Source: Ignavibacteriota bacterium (GTDB lineage: Bacteria; Bacteroidota; Ignavibacteria; UBA10030; CAVZMI01). Taken from it: 64,000 bases of DNA. Below the pieces are notes generated by a model. It was given only the letters and a program-made list of their open reading frames with translations. It did not search any database and was not told the origin of the DNA. The DNA is taken from NCBI GenBank assembly GCA_963776275.1, contig CAVZMI010000021.1, positions 160,001-224,000 on the forward strand, in the 5' to 3' direction. Shown here piece by piece: positions 63,791 through 64,000 of this stretch. The position numbers and the translations under genes were made by a program. Each line of letters opens with the position of its first letter. Within the stretch, counting starts at the first letter, position 1.

Positions 63791-63840
63791 TTGATTCTAG
63801 AGCCTTTTTTTAATATACTCCAATGTTTCAATAAAGTCAA
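63791..63840. promoter_or_regulatory. Overlapping divergent sigma70-type promoters
   Basis: Plus strand: TTGATT(63791)-N17-TATACT(63814). Minus strand: TTGACT(63840)-N17-TATATT(63817). Confidence 0.6.
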
Positions 63841-63857
63841 TCATCCTATTACTGTGT

Positions 63858-64000
63858 ATGAAAAGCGCCCTTGTCACCGGTGGTACGGGTTTTATTGGAA
63901 GTCATCTGGTCGAGATGCTTCTGTCGAAGGGGTATCGGGTAAAATGCCTGATTCGAAAAACGAGTAGCCTGGAATGGCTAAAAAATCTGCCGGTCGAATA
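63858..64000 (+). CDS. NAD-dependent epimerase/reductase (5' part only), candidate CerR/keto-sphingolipid reductase
   Basis: Absent from the ORF track. MKSALVTGGTGFIGSHLVEMLLSKGYRVKCLIRKTSSLEWL, open to the window end. Confidence 0.8.
   Translation, partial: MKSALVTGGTGFIGSHLVEMLLSKGYRVKCLIRKTSSLEWLKNLPVE

Overview
Chromosomal window from an FCB-group bacterium, most like Ignavibacteria. Support for this: a T9SS-type C-terminal domain (QNYPNPFNPST), the glgA-DUF4270 pair, a Bacteroidota-like serine palmitoyltransferase, and canonical sigma70 promoters with SD sites. Contents in order: a Wzx/Wzy polysaccharide cluster (1-10.8 kb); glycerate kinase and an SPFH gene; a TPP-riboswitch operon thiM-thiE-thiL-thiC-thiD in which thiC looks degraded; pdxJ; envelope genes, two of which share an ECF-type promoter and flank a nest of CTAG-bounded hairpin elements (20-25 kb); a second glycan region with a YfhO/GT2/flippase module and a C-methyl-sugar cassette (25-43 kb); housekeeping genes (fused 2-oxoacid dehydrogenase E1, adk, rlmN, glgA, rpiB, glyA, tatC, polyprenyl synthase, ilvE); a repeat-rich spacer with an unannotated small basic ORF (58 kb); and a probable ceramide locus (spt, bCerS-like, divergent CerR-like) at the right end. 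Several genes carry 1-2 nt frameshifts, many in homopolymers, consistent with long-read assembly error. No CRISPR array, tRNA, rRNA, prophage or transposase was seen. All assignments come from reading motifs by eye; no database search was run.
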